Shown: positions 1 to 14,226 of the stretch, in pieces
Layout: the number at the start of each line of letters is the position of its first letter
Position numbering within the stretch: position 1 is the first letter of the stretch
Origin: the human T2T-CHM13v2.0 reference genome, Homo sapiens
NCBI RefSeq assembly: GCF_009914755.1
Contig: NC_060931.1
Strand: one strand, 5' to 3'
Length of the DNA: 64,000 nucleotides
Made by a program: the position numbers and the translations under genes
Notes under the pieces: model-generated
The model's database searches: none
What the model was told of the DNA's origin: nothing
Seen by the model: the letters and a program-made list of their open reading frames with translations, nothing else

Positions 1-52
1 AATGGAAAGGGACTCCCTTTGCTTATTTGTTTAGAAAAAACCTCAGGGACTG

Positions 53-358
53 GGCCAGGCATGGTGGCTCACGCCTGTAATCCTAGCACTTTGGGAGGCC
101 AAGGCGGGTGGTTCACCTGTGCTCAGGAGTTTAAGACCAGCCTGGCCAATGTGGTGAAACCCCCGTCTCCACTAAAAATACAAAAATTAGCCAGGCATGG
201 TGGCAGGCATCTGTAATCCCAGCTACTTGGGAGGCTGAGGCAGGAGAATCACTTGAACTCAGGAGGCAGAGGTTTCAGTGAGCCAAAATCATGCCATTGC
301 ACTCCAGCTTGGGCAAAAAGAGTGAAATTCCATCTCAAAAACAAAACAAAAAACAAAC
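53..358 (+). mobile_element. AluS (AluSq-like) SINE
   Basis: Starts GGCCAGGCATGGTGGCTCACGCC, dimeric with A-rich linker and A/AAAC tail; degenerate TSD (acctcagggactg near 40-52, acctcacggactg near 363-375). Confidence 0.93.
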
Positions 359-661
359 AAACACCTCACGGACTGTATTAGAGTCAGTCTCTAGTTTTGT
401 TGTACTTATCTCCTTGATATATCCACACACTAACTATACTCAAACCTCACAGACTGCATGAAAATTAGCTTCAAACCTAAAATAATACAAATTATACAAC
501 ATTCATTCCTGAACTATTTAAAGGCTTTGGCCTAAAGGAAGAGAAAGCTCGTCTTGTTATCTTCACAAAACCTGAAGATGCAATGTCCTGCTTCCCCAAG
601 ATTATACTGCCTCAATCAATTCTTCCAGAGTACACTAAGGACAAAGGCATTGAGGCCCAAA

Positions 662-1053
662 GGTGGAGGTATGCTGGTAAATGCTTAACAACCAGCTCTC
701 TCCAGGGAGGAATGGTCAGGAATGCCCTGATATATAGCATTTGTTAATTTTCATGGTGCGAATTTCCCACCATGGTTGATTTCATGCTACCATATATGGA
801 ACTGAGCAGGGAGTTGCAAAGAGGTGCCTAATAGCACTATATGACGGTATTTCCATCATATAGTTGCAATAAATATAAATGACCTCAAGAACATATACGA
901 AAGTAAAGTGTAGAGATAAATTCTGAATAGGTATGAATTTTGTGTTTCATGTAATTTACTTAATTTATAGCTTATGTAGTGGAAGTTTTAATAATAGCTC
1001 TGCTTAGCAGTCGGTTCTTGTGAACCAGTATGAGTGGGATTCAGCACAGCACT
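662..1053. mobile_element. MER63-like hAT DNA transposon relic
   Basis: Left end ...GGTATGCTGGTAAATGCTTAACAACCAGCTCTC and right end ...CAGCACAGCACTG resemble the MER63 termini as recalled. Confidence 0.55.
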
Positions 1054-1143
1054 GCTAGCGTAAATTAAATATACTTACCACAATTTCTGGAGATGAACAT
1101 CATGAAAGAAGTGATGGAATACAAGTTCACTCCTTTGATGTAA

Positions 1144-1608
<465 letters not shown>

Positions 1609-2691
1609 ATATATGGACATTTTTTGTGACCTAGTCCTAAGAGTTTGTCTCATCCCCTCCTCTTGTAGCTGCCTACACTGCAAAGTGGGCCAATCACCAC
1701 CTGCAATGAGGCTGCTAGCTACAGGGTGGCTTGAGACTGTGTGGTGATATATACGTGCACTTCACTTCATTTTTCCTCAGCGTAGTCAATAAAAACCAAA
1801 GGGGAGAGCAGCAAAATGGTGTTTGGCTTAGATTCTCTCTGTTCTTCAGAGGACACCCACTGTGGATATTATGCTGTTGTCTTTTGCAATACAGCTCTGC
1901 TAGGGAAGTAGAGGAATGACTCTCTTGACCATTGCAGAACCACAGACTGCCTAGGAAGAAAATCAGTCACAGGAGGAGAAGCCCGAGTTTGAACCTGTTT
2001 CTGCCCTTTAATGGTTGTGTGACAGTGGACAATTCATATTCCCCTTTGATGAAATGAATCTAATCGCATTCTTTCCATAGGGTTTATGAGGAGGCAACAG
2101 GAAGTAATAGAAAAAAATGTGTGTGAGTTAAGATTACATAGGCTACATTTAATGGATGCACGTTTATTCTCCTTTATGTAAAAGAAGACTGGAGGCAAAT
2201 GGCTGCTCCACGATCTTCAAGATCACAGTCCTTTTTAATCTTGCTCTTCCTCTATCCCTGTTGCAAATCACTCAAAGACGGCTGCTAACATTTCACTTTG
2301 CACTTCAGCTAGCAAGAAGGAAGAGAGAGTAAACAAGACTGTGTCCTCCCCCTCTTAATGACAGTTCTTAGAATCGCATACAGCCCTTCCACTTAAATAT
2401 CATGAGACCAAAACTGGCTTCAAAGAAGTTGATAATTTATTATATTGACTGGGGAGCAATGTGCCCAGCTGAAAAGCATTATTTTTTTTCCCTAATGAGG
2501 GTAGGAAGAAAGGATATGTAGAGGTATCCAATAGTCCCTGCGACATTTTGTGTACACTTGAAAACTAACAAAATCGTTACTGCAGTTATTTCTTTAGAGG
2601 CAAGGTTATTGGATGGCAAGGTCATTAATAAATGTATCATATGAGCCACAGGAATAATTGAATATTAATCGGACAACTGCAACAATATTTG

Positions 2692-3216
<525 letters not shown>

Positions 3217-3870
3217 GACTTGTGCCTAGAGTTGCTGAAAACAGGGAAACTGTAAGGATAATTTGAATCCCCTGCAGAAAGTGAAAGGTCCGAATTAAAG
3301 AAATATGCACACAGAGGAATATGTATTTAATAATATTAAACATTGACGGTATTATTACTGTCAGTTGGGGAAAAATTGTTCAAAAAGATTGTAAACAGGA
3401 GACGTAGTACTCCATTTTAGTATCAAAAATGATTGCCTTTGGTACTAGGCACACTTAGGTAGTACCTAATATGTTCATTTCAGTGCAACTTGAAAACATT
3501 TTCCCAATAATTCTACTTTAGATTACTATTTCTTCTTTGTAGTTTTCTGATTCTTTGGGATATATTTTTCCTCAATTTTCCTTTTACCTTCTTATATATG
3601 AACTGTGTGGCAAATAATACATATTCAGCTAACCATTATTAATAATAATTGATTTTATTGTAAATGAGGCCTTTGTTTTTTTTTTTACCATCACCTCATA
3701 AACCACAATTTGTGTTTCCCCCCCTAAAAGTACTTAAGCATTTAAGATGCCATAACACTAAATCATAGAACATAATTTGTTCATGGACCTTCCAGAACAC
3801 AGAATATTTGACTTATGCTTCAAATATGAAGTCGTGATTTTTAAAAATGTCTTCACTGTTGCTTTCATTT

Positions 3871-4076
3871 CACCCCATCAAACATGCTCTGGAAAAGCAC
3901 CACAGGCTCAAGTTAACAGATTCCTAACCATTTAGTGAGTTCTAACCCCAATCCCTAATGTAACTAATGATAGGATATTAGGCTGTCATTGATTCTTTAT
4001 AGTTATATATTCTCATTGAAAATAAAGTGGTTGGACCACAGAGCATTTTCTGACATTTTAATGAAGCTGATAGTAA
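3871..4076. repeat. Right arm of the ~206-bp inverted repeat
   Basis: caggctcaagttaacagat is the reverse complement of atctgttaacttgagcctg in the left arm; tggttggaccacaga pairs with tctgtggtccaacca. Confidence 0.92.
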
Positions 4077-4987
4077 AAAAAATAGATAATGGTAATATTG
4101 TATGATAATTTAAAAGATATATATTACAAGTATTGTATATCTTGATATTATAATTAGCGGTTGGCTTCATTTACTACTAATTCACTATTCATAGTAAATA
4201 TCATCCTTGACCATGCAAATACTAAATGCAATTTTGTATCATATAAATTTAATGCTATAGTGTATATTGATCAAAAATGTATAAGAAATGGATATTTTCT
4301 TTCTATAAGCGATAGCAGCCAGAGAAACACAGTAAGTAGCATTGTCTTATTTCTTAAGATTTAAAAGACCTATAATATCTTTAAGCCTACACAGCTCAAC
4401 TTTGAGTTCCCAAATCCTAAGTGGTCCCTAATCAATATTGTAATGATATTTTTTGAACTATTTTCTACATCCAAAATAAATCTAATGAATTTTTGACAAT
4501 AATGGTCATTAGACTACAAGTCTGCATAGGGTAAATACGATATCCCTTGCTTTGGGCTGCAGTTTTATCAGCTTATTAAATTAGTGCTGATTATCTCATG
4601 CTTACTGGAGGCATTTATTGATAGTATGTCTTTGAATGATAAACATAAAAATATATTTCTAATATTATTTGATACAAGAAGTTTGCTGAATAAAAATCTT
4701 TTAAAATATTCTCAAGAAAATTTATAAAATGCCTTTGGGGCAGTAAAATTGCAAAGGATCATTGCTTTTTTTTGTTCAAGTTATAATCTAATTATCAGAA
4801 TGAATGACTCCATTAGACACTTCAACAACAACATAATTTAATATGCCATAGATTTTGGAGGCAGAATGCTATAATATTTGTATATTTTGGTTGAGGTATA
4901 GATACTTGACCTTCACTGTATTCATAGTTTTGTCTAGTTCATCATAATACAATGTGGACGTTTACATTTAATTTCTTTTTCTCAAAG

Positions 4988-5131
4988 ATAACCTTTGGAG
5001 GCATCCCTTTCTCTGGCAAGCCCAGCTCCAGCAGTAGAAAGAATTTCAAAGGCTGCATGGAAAGCATCAACTACAATGGCGTCAACATTACTGATCTTGC
5101 CAGAAGGAAGAAATTAGAGCCCTCAAATGTG
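4988..5131 (+). CDS. CNTNAP2: CNTNAP2 coding exon (probably exon 7; 144 nt, phase 0-0), end of laminin-G domain 1
   Basis: Acceptor tttcttttttctcaaAG and donor GTG|gtaagg; translates [48 protein letters not shown], which I recognise as Caspr2. Confidence 0.98.
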
Positions 5132-6398
5132 GTAAGGATTTTCACCCGCAAAATATTGGTCTATAAAATATCAAGTAACATTTTTGTTTTTTGGATTATT
5201 GAACAACAACAAAATCATGACATTTTTCATCATATTTGTGTTTGGGCAAAATGATGTAAAACAAACATTAGAGTTATCAGAATTAGTATAGATACTTGCT
5301 ATTCTTTGAGAATAGCTAATGGGACTAGCTTGAAGTAGGTGGTTGGTTTTATTCCCACGGAGCACAGAATGTTAGACTCAATATTTCTGGATGACTCGTG
5401 GCACGTGCTTCATCCCAGCAGTTAGCAGCCCTTAAACCGGCAGCATCGTGTTTTCAAATATCTCATCACATGTGCTCTAAGTTACTTGCTTATGGTTTAA
5501 TTTAATATTTTTAAAGTTTTTAAATCAGGGACTTTATTATATTTACTCCTGTGCTTCCAAAGATGATTTGTTTGAATATGTAAATAAATACACTTTTTAG
5601 CAAATCTCTAACCAGACTAAATATTACACAGTTAAATAAAGCTTGATTTCCACTGCATAGCCAAAGCTGTGCCACAGAAGTTCACAGTGATTTTTTTCTG
5701 CCTTTTGTGTGAGTTGGTGCCAGGTTTCATTAGATTTTGGAAGGAGAGCAAAAGTCAAAGAAAGCCCCAGCACACATGCTTCCAAACGACACTACTCCAC
5801 ATCCCTAAAAGACACTTAGTTTGCAATTTTAGTATGAGAGTTCCCTATGGCTCTGCAAGACCAGGAGCTGCTTTAGCCCAGAGAGGCTATTTGGGAGAGC
5901 TTAGAATTCCAGAGACCCATACAATAAGAAGATATTATGCACTATAAGTACAATAATGTCATGAGTGTTTGCACTGTGCTCCAAAAGAGCTCTGATGGTC
6001 TCGTTGCCTCAAATTTGAGCCCAGGGTTTCATAAAATGATTTGACAAATGGAAATCCCTGAATGAATAAACAGTTCAGGTTGAATATGGAAGGTTTAAAA
6101 CAATAACTTCATGCAAATGATTATTTAATAAATAATTTTCTTAAAGTAATCATAAATTTATACTAGAAATTAAAACTTGAACTTTGGTTAAATTTTCTCA
6201 TAAAGTATATTGACTATGGAAAAATAATAATAGCTCCATTTATAGGCAACAGGTATTGTGCTAGGCAAGTCGTATTTTATATTTAGGATGATCTGAGAAC
6301 AATACTGCAAGAAGGATACAAACATTTTGTAGATGAAAACATTGCGATTTAACATGGAAAAAATAAGTTATTTTATGAGAAAAATAACTTTTATTTTA

Positions 6399-6772
<374 letters not shown>

Positions 6773-7320
6773 TTATGGATTCACAATATGTGAGTTTGAT
6801 TATGCTCTATAATTACATTTTATTTTAACAAATAATTGCAGTGAGAAAACATAGAATAAACTTTTGAATCAAAATATACATACATACAGAAAATCTTAGA
6901 TGGGATAGAGACAAATAGGACATTTTGCAAGCAACCCTGCAAAGACAAGTGTTTATATAAGAAATGTACTTTCAAAGATGTTGGGTGCTGGTATTTCAGT
7001 GAAATTGACTGAGCACTCATTCTACCTCCTCTTCCCCCACATACTCATTCCCTCATTATGCATTGACTCCAAAGTCAGCACCGTTACTCTGGAAGGATCT
7101 TTAATTTTGCTAGGGAGACAATCCCCTCAAAAGAGGTATGTGGTCAGTTATAAAATCTCAATTATTATGCATAGGCAGTTCTTTTTATCAGTAAAAGCGA
7201 GCATTTAAAAATAATCATCTGTGATGGTACAGAGCAAATTTAATTTGAATATTAATTCAGAGAGACTGCCTGCCTTAGATTTAATGGTTATTGTGCTAAA
7301 ATGGAAGAAATCAGCATCAG

Positions 7321-7562
7321 GTATATATATATATACACATATATATATGTGTATATATATGTGTGTATATATATGTATATATGTGTATATATACACACAC
7401 ATATATATACCATATACATATATATACCATATACATATACATGTACCATATACATATATATGTACCATATACATATACATATACCATACACATGTATACC
7501 ATATACATATACATATACCATACACATGTATACCATATACATATACCATATACATATATATG
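7321..7562. repeat. Complex (TA)/(TG)/(CATATA) microsatellite-minisatellite
   Basis: Alternating purine-pyrimidine run with recurring taccatatacatatacat units; explains the cluster of Y/I/H/M-rich ORFs. Confidence 0.95.
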
Positions 7563-8539
7563 GTGTTGTTAAAAATATATAGAGAAAAAGAGAGACAGAC
7601 ATAGAGATAGAACCAATGAAAATATCATCCAATTACATTCCTTAAAATATTATGATAGGATAAAAGAAGTTAGAAGCAAATACAGATTTTTAGACCTGTA
7701 AAGAGAATGTAGTTAGGCACTGAAATATACAATTTAGTGTATCTGAATGATAAATATTTTTTTCTTTTTTTTCTTTTGCTTATACCAAGGAGGAGGAGTA
7801 TAGAAGGGGAGGGGAAAGCCTGAATTATTGCAAATTTTATCTCCATTTAGCCCATTTATAGTGCTAGTTATACAGGAATTAATGCATTGTGATATAAGCA
7901 CAATTCATGGGAATTTAAATGGGATTTTGAGTTGGATACTAAAATAATCTCCAACAACCACAATTACATTAATGCTGAAAACTTAATATCTATCTATCTA
8001 TATATGCATATACAAGGTATATAGATAAAAATCCAAATATATTTCCCTAAAATATCAGTTTCATAAATTGCAAACATATGACCATAGTCCCCACTGAGAC
8101 CAGAGTAATATGTTAATTAATGTTGGCATTGACCACCCAGAATAGGACAGAGCATCTCTCTCCCTGACTTATGTTCGGCCAGCAGTAGCTTTGCTGTCTT
8201 CAGAAAGTCTAGTGATCCACAGTCACACCCACAACACACATACACACTTTACAACTCATGGTCAGCCTATCACATCAGGCTGTCTGGCTGTCAATCCCAT
8301 GGTGGAAGCTGCTTGTTATAGTTAGACAGCCAACTGCTGCTCAGTAGTAGGTCTTACACTCCAAGTAGATCCGTAGTGGTGCATCCAGTCACTGAATCCA
8401 TGCTCTGCTGCTGTGTGTGAGTTTAGCTTAGGCTCAGGCTGTGCTTCAAAACTTGTAGAACTATACTTTCATCAGTGGTCTGACATGGATGTTCATTTTA
8501 TTCTGTGTTTTCCTCAGAGCCTGTCTTTCTATTTTACAG

Positions 8540-8804
8540 GGAAATTTGAGCTTTTCTTGTGTGGAACCCTATACGGTGCCTGTCTTTTTCAACGCTACAA
8601 GTTACCTGGAGGTGCCCGGACGGCTTAACCAGGACCTGTTCTCAGTCAGTTTCCAGTTTAGGACATGGAACCCCAATGGTCTCCTGGTCTTCAGTCACTT
8701 TGCGGATAATTTGGGCAATGTGGAGATTGACCTCACTGAAAGCAAAGTGGGTGTTCACATCAACATCACACAGACCAAGATGAGCCAAATCGATATTTCC
8801 TCAG
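8540..8804 (+). CDS. CNTNAP2: CNTNAP2 coding exon (probably exon 8; 265 nt, phase 0-1), laminin-G domain 2
   Basis: Acceptor tctattttacAG and donor TCAG|gtcagt; translates [88 protein letters not shown](G), in frame with the previous exon. Confidence 0.98.
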
Positions 8805-11800
8805 GTCAGTGAAACCTATTTGACATTTGTTCCTGAAACTTATTGCAATTTCCAGAGTTAATGTTGTGCTTTGTTTGGTTTTGCTGGTGTTACACGCTCA
8901 GGATTAGGTTTTAATTCAGATCTTCAAGACGCTTACTTGGTTGTAGTGTGTGCTGATTGAATAAAGAAAACTTGGAAAGTTGTTGAGAGAGCAAGGCATG
9001 GGTGAAGGAGAAAATTGGTTGAGATTGGAAAAGCAAAATCTATTCCTTACCAATGCTAGTTTATTTTTAATAGATAAATTGCTCTTCTTTTAAGTGAATA
9101 ATTTATGTTTAAAAACAAGGAATGTTTATTTTAAAAACACAATTGTATCTGGTATCTTTTCTCTTTATCAACATTCGTGTACCTTTTACTATTAGTAACA
9201 AGATTATACTAATTTTAACTTTAAGGAATATTCCACTGCTGGAATCAGAACTTCAAAATGATCTTGCTAAAATTATGCAAATGGTTGGAAAAGAAAACGA
9301 AAGTGAATATAAAGGTGGAATGACAAGATTTGTGTATCAACTGACGGAAGACTGGCTTAGGCAAAAATAGGATAATTTTAAATTTGGCTTTGTAGTGATA
9401 TGACAAATAGAGGCTTAGGTAATATTCTTGTTATTTGAATAGACTTCGCAACCTTGGAAGTTCTTTGATAAATACAGTACAAAGAAAGGTGACATTGTAA
9501 ATTGTGATGTTATAAGCAAAGAAAAATTAGTCTCAATATTGGACTGATAAATAGTAACTGTTTTCATCTATTTTTCTTGAGATAGTCTTTGCAATAGTCA
9601 TACATATATATTGTGAAGAACTACTTAGAAATGGGAGATACAAAGAAAACTAACATTTACTGAACACTTAGTACAGATGTAGCAGATACTGAAAGGAGTC
9701 ATGACAGAGAGCTCAATTGGGTGACCATGGACTCTGATTTCTGAATATGCCATATACTCTCATGGCACCCTATGCATATACCTGACACGGTTTCTAACAC
9801 ACTATGATTTTTGTCCCTCTCTTTTCCCCTCTAGGCTCCATGCTCCTTGACAGCAGGGACCATGCTCCTTTTTCTTCTGTCTCTGGCATATAGAATAGTA
9901 CCTGTAAGAGGTGCTCTCCAATATTTGTTGAATTCAATACTCTGACCCCTTTCAACTAACAGAATATCCCCTGCTATAGAACATATATATTTTCTTGTAA
10001 AATAGGCTTTATGTTTGTGTGTGGCCTGAATGTATGGTCTATTACTGAAAAGGATTCAAGGAAGCCACAAGAAATGTTATGTCAGAGATGTGCCTAAATT
10101 ATTGAAATCAAAGGTATTGGGAAATACCTAGTTATTCACTTTCTCCATTTCTGCTTTATTAGTTTTGCTTTTTCCTTGAATGTCTAGTCAAAATGATTAA
10201 TCAACCATATTTTATCACTACATTCGTTTATAAGTATACCTAGGGAGGTTTACAGCAAATCGAAAATATCTGGAGAGACCAGAAAAACAGATAAAACAAA
10301 AACAAAAGCAAATGTTTGCCACAGTTGAAAAACTCCCACATTATATTGTTATGATTAATGATTATTGCCTAATGACTAAACATAAAAATATTAGTATGAA
10401 GGCCTGTCTCCTTGCAGTCTCTGAGCAAATCCGATTTGCTGGTGGGTTTCCATGTAACAGGAGCCAATATATTTGAAAGGATAAGATATTAACCCTAGTG
10501 GTCAATAAACATGTATTAATTTGATTTGGTGTAATTTAGTACTCCAAGATACTCTCACCTAATTTAAGCTGTGTTTATTTTGAAAATTAAAGATAGAATG
10601 AACAAAGAAATCCAATACATGACAGTTAATTCACCTTAATAGATTTGCTTAAACCTAATAAAAATGGACTGAAGAGTTTTTGTCAATTTAGCCAAGAATC
10701 TGTGCAAATTAATTGAAAAGATATAAAATCTAAAGATTTCCGTAGTATTACCCTTCTATAATCCAGTGAAAATACCTTACTGCTTCAAGCATTTTATATA
10801 AATATATATATATACAGACATACATACACACATACATACATAGTGGAAACTAAGTGCTCATATTTGAGAAACATTAGTTGAAAAAAAAATTCAACCATTT
10901 AAAAAAGTTATATTTTATATTCATTCATTCAATCTAAAAGTACATATGGAAACCATAGGACATAATTTCCTCTGTCTTTTAATGTATTTTATCAAATTCA
11001 ATTAAATGTGTAAATAAGTTAGTAAAGTGGCAACACTGAGAAAACAGTTAAGTCAGGATTCTAATGTTTGCTTTAACAAAGGGAAATATATCTGTATCAC
11101 AGCTATTCTACTCTTATCAGCATGAGCATTGAAGAATGTCAGTCCACTTCTCCTTTTGTCAAATATTTTGATTGAAAGAATTTAGAAAATGCAGAAAATC
11201 TAGAAAAGAAAAATAACCAGTGATAAAATTTTGGTGTACACACACAAAGTAGTGCACTGAGAAGGTAATATAGAGACTCTCAGATACTGTTAATATATAC
11301 TGGTAACTTAGTTTTTATTTAATAAATTCCATGGTCCAGGATGAATGTAACCCAATTAGATCAAAAACCTTTTTTTCCATCTTGGTCAACACTGTTCTTT
11401 GGGAATTAATTTAAAATATTAAATACATCTTACAAGTAAAATAATGTTTAATATATTGTTCACCCTATCTTTGTATCTTTCTTTCCAAGTTGTGATTACT
11501 GTCTTCAAGAGTCTCATTAGTAATCAACAGTAGACTTGACTTATGAAATTCAGTCAAACTCAGTAGCCTTGAATTTACAGAGTGGATTATCTTACCATGA
11601 AAATATTGAACAAGTTGCAACATCAACGTTTTCTGATGGATAGCCAAAAACAAACAAACAAACAACAACAACAAAAAACCCTACTTACTTTTTGAAATAA
11701 GTTTTTATTTCAAAGTGACTCAATTTTATCCCAGTACATCATTTTTTAGGACAGAAGTTACTGATTTATGAATACATATTTAGGCATTACTTTTAACTAG

Positions 11801-14152
11801 GCATAAATGATAATATTAAACAGGTGCAAAAAGGGTCTAATGAATAATAGCTGTTCATTCTGGGCATAATTTTCATTTTAACTTTAAAATTCAAAACTCT
11901 GGGGAAGGTGGACCTAGAACCATGTTTTTCAAATAATTTTGATCAAAGTACAGTAAGAAAATATTTTATGTCATACCCAAAACCTACTGACACAAAGTTT
12001 GATGAAATAAAACTTGCCTTGCTATTTTAGATGCACTATGATAAGTGTGATATTTTCTTTTCTTTTGCTTTATTCTTAAAAAAAAAAAAAGCCATAACCC
12101 ACTATAATAATTTCATGTCCTAAATACAGTTTGGAAAACACCGACCTGACCTGCATTCTTTTTCTTATTTGAAGTGTTGGAATTTTTAAAAGTTTTAGTT
12201 GCCTGGAAGTATTAACTCCATCACTCTATATTGGAAAACTAAATTTGTCTTATGGGAACAGTATTATAATATTATAATGGTAGTAAAAAAGCATTAATGT
12301 ACATTACTATTTGAATTATAGCAAAAAAAAAAACCTACCTTTTGAAGTAAGTTTTTATTTCAAAATGCCTCAATTTTATGCCACTAAATACAAACATATT
12401 TAGAACAATACTCAGTTGTCGTCTGCCAATATTAACAAGGTAATACAATGTGATTCAGCATTTATTATAGTGGGGAGAAAGTGATTTATCTTAATATTCT
12501 CTCTCAGTTATTGGAAAAAAATTAACTTCTCTCCATGTATAAACAAAGCCTTTCCAAAAAGTCATTCAGAATATGTCCTGTCCTAAATCAGCTGTTTTCT
12601 TATACTCAAGTATTGGAACATCCTTGTTTTGTTAATGTAGGTATTGCTTCAATTTTCGAATGGCTGTTCAGTGTCCACACTGTCTCAGAAATATGTAATC
12701 AGAAAAGATTTTCTCATTTGTATTTTCATCTCCAAAGGAAATCTTCTGTGGACTTGTTTTATTTACTTTGCTTCTTAGTAAAATTTCCTTTGTAAATCAT
12801 TGTGTTCCATTGGGTGTCTCAAGGGAGGAGTGGGAGTTTTCTTGGTTCAGTGTGTGGCTGGGAGCATGCTGGGAAATAGTTCTCAGTTCAATCTGGGCAA
12901 ATGTGTTTGGGAACACTCCAGGCAGTGTCTATTCTAAGCAATTAAAATATCTCTGTTCTTGATTTTATGAACACTTGGAAATGTAGCCAGCATATTAATA
13001 TTTCTTTAAAAAATTAATTTATACCGTTTTCCAAAGTTCAGTGATAACTTGCCCCATGAGACATCCTTTTCATCATATGAGAAAAAAGGTCTCATTTGAA
13101 ATACAATTTTTGATGTTTTAGTTGTTTACTGAAAATTTTTTTTCAGTTCTATACTGATATTATTTCAAAATGTCTTAAATTCTTGTAACTCAAAAACTAA
13201 ATGTTTCAGCATTACTACAAATACTTTAAGAGATTTGTTTTATTATGTTTTACAGCAAAATAATTGGAGACTTATTTAACAAGATATGTTCTCTAATTCA
13301 AGTTTAAACCATATTTATTAGAAGCCTTAAAAGATGTTACTTCCCTTTGATCCATTAAATTTAAGTTTTTCTGATTCTAAGAAAATAAAGAAGCACCCAG
13401 AGTTATTTATCACAACATATATACAATAACCAAAGTAATTGAAAACAAACTACTGAAAATGGACATGTGATTTTAAAGAGTGTATTTTTATGTGGAATAC
13501 TATTATGTCATTATAAATCACATTTCTTATATAAAATTTAATAACATGGTAAAAAATGCTAAGAATAAAATTTTTAATAAAAACTTAAGTAGACTATGAA
13601 TCTAATGTCATTATTATAAATATAGGAATTTTATTTCATTCCAAATCAGAATGAAATAATATAATACTAATGTTGATCATCTCTAATTGGTGGGTTATCA
13701 GTCCATTATATTAACTTTTTAATATATTTTCTCTAATATCTATATTTTCTCCAATAAACATCAATTGTTCTCAGAAGTCAAAAACAATATGCTACAAAAC
13801 AATTGAGGATAAAATGATATTTCTGAAAAGTATGATGCTTAACAATGTTACAAATGGAAATTAAATAGCATATCAATTTAAAAATTCTAATTTCCTTACT
13901 TAGAAACATGTACAGCCAATTTCTTAAAAGTTTCACCTTAAATAATAAGCTTCAACAGAATTTCAATTGCATTTACATACAAATGGAGCATTTTATAATC
14001 AGGTGCAGAAATTTGGAGGTTGTGTCTATAATGTTTAATTATTTGAAAATATTCATAACTCATTTTGAACAAATTCCGCACCATCTATGTAATTTTAAAA
14101 CTATTTTTCAACCTGGGTAAATAATTGGATAGATAAGTAGATAAATGATTGG

Positions 14153-14168
14153 AAAATAGATAGATACG

Positions 14169-14215
<47 letters not shown>

Positions 14216-14226
14216 GTAGATAGATA
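14153..14226. repeat. (GATA)n tetranucleotide STR
   Basis: 11 perfect GATA units at 14171-14214 with degenerate flanking units. Confidence 0.97.

Noticed and set aside
4952-5254. Whole track ORFs 4952-5254 and 8489-8812 as CDS
   Set aside because: Only the portions between the splice sites match Caspr2; the flanks are intronic read-through.
7205-7632. Six overlapping ORFs of 65-127 aa
   Set aside because: They are artefacts of the stop-poor TA/CA repeat.
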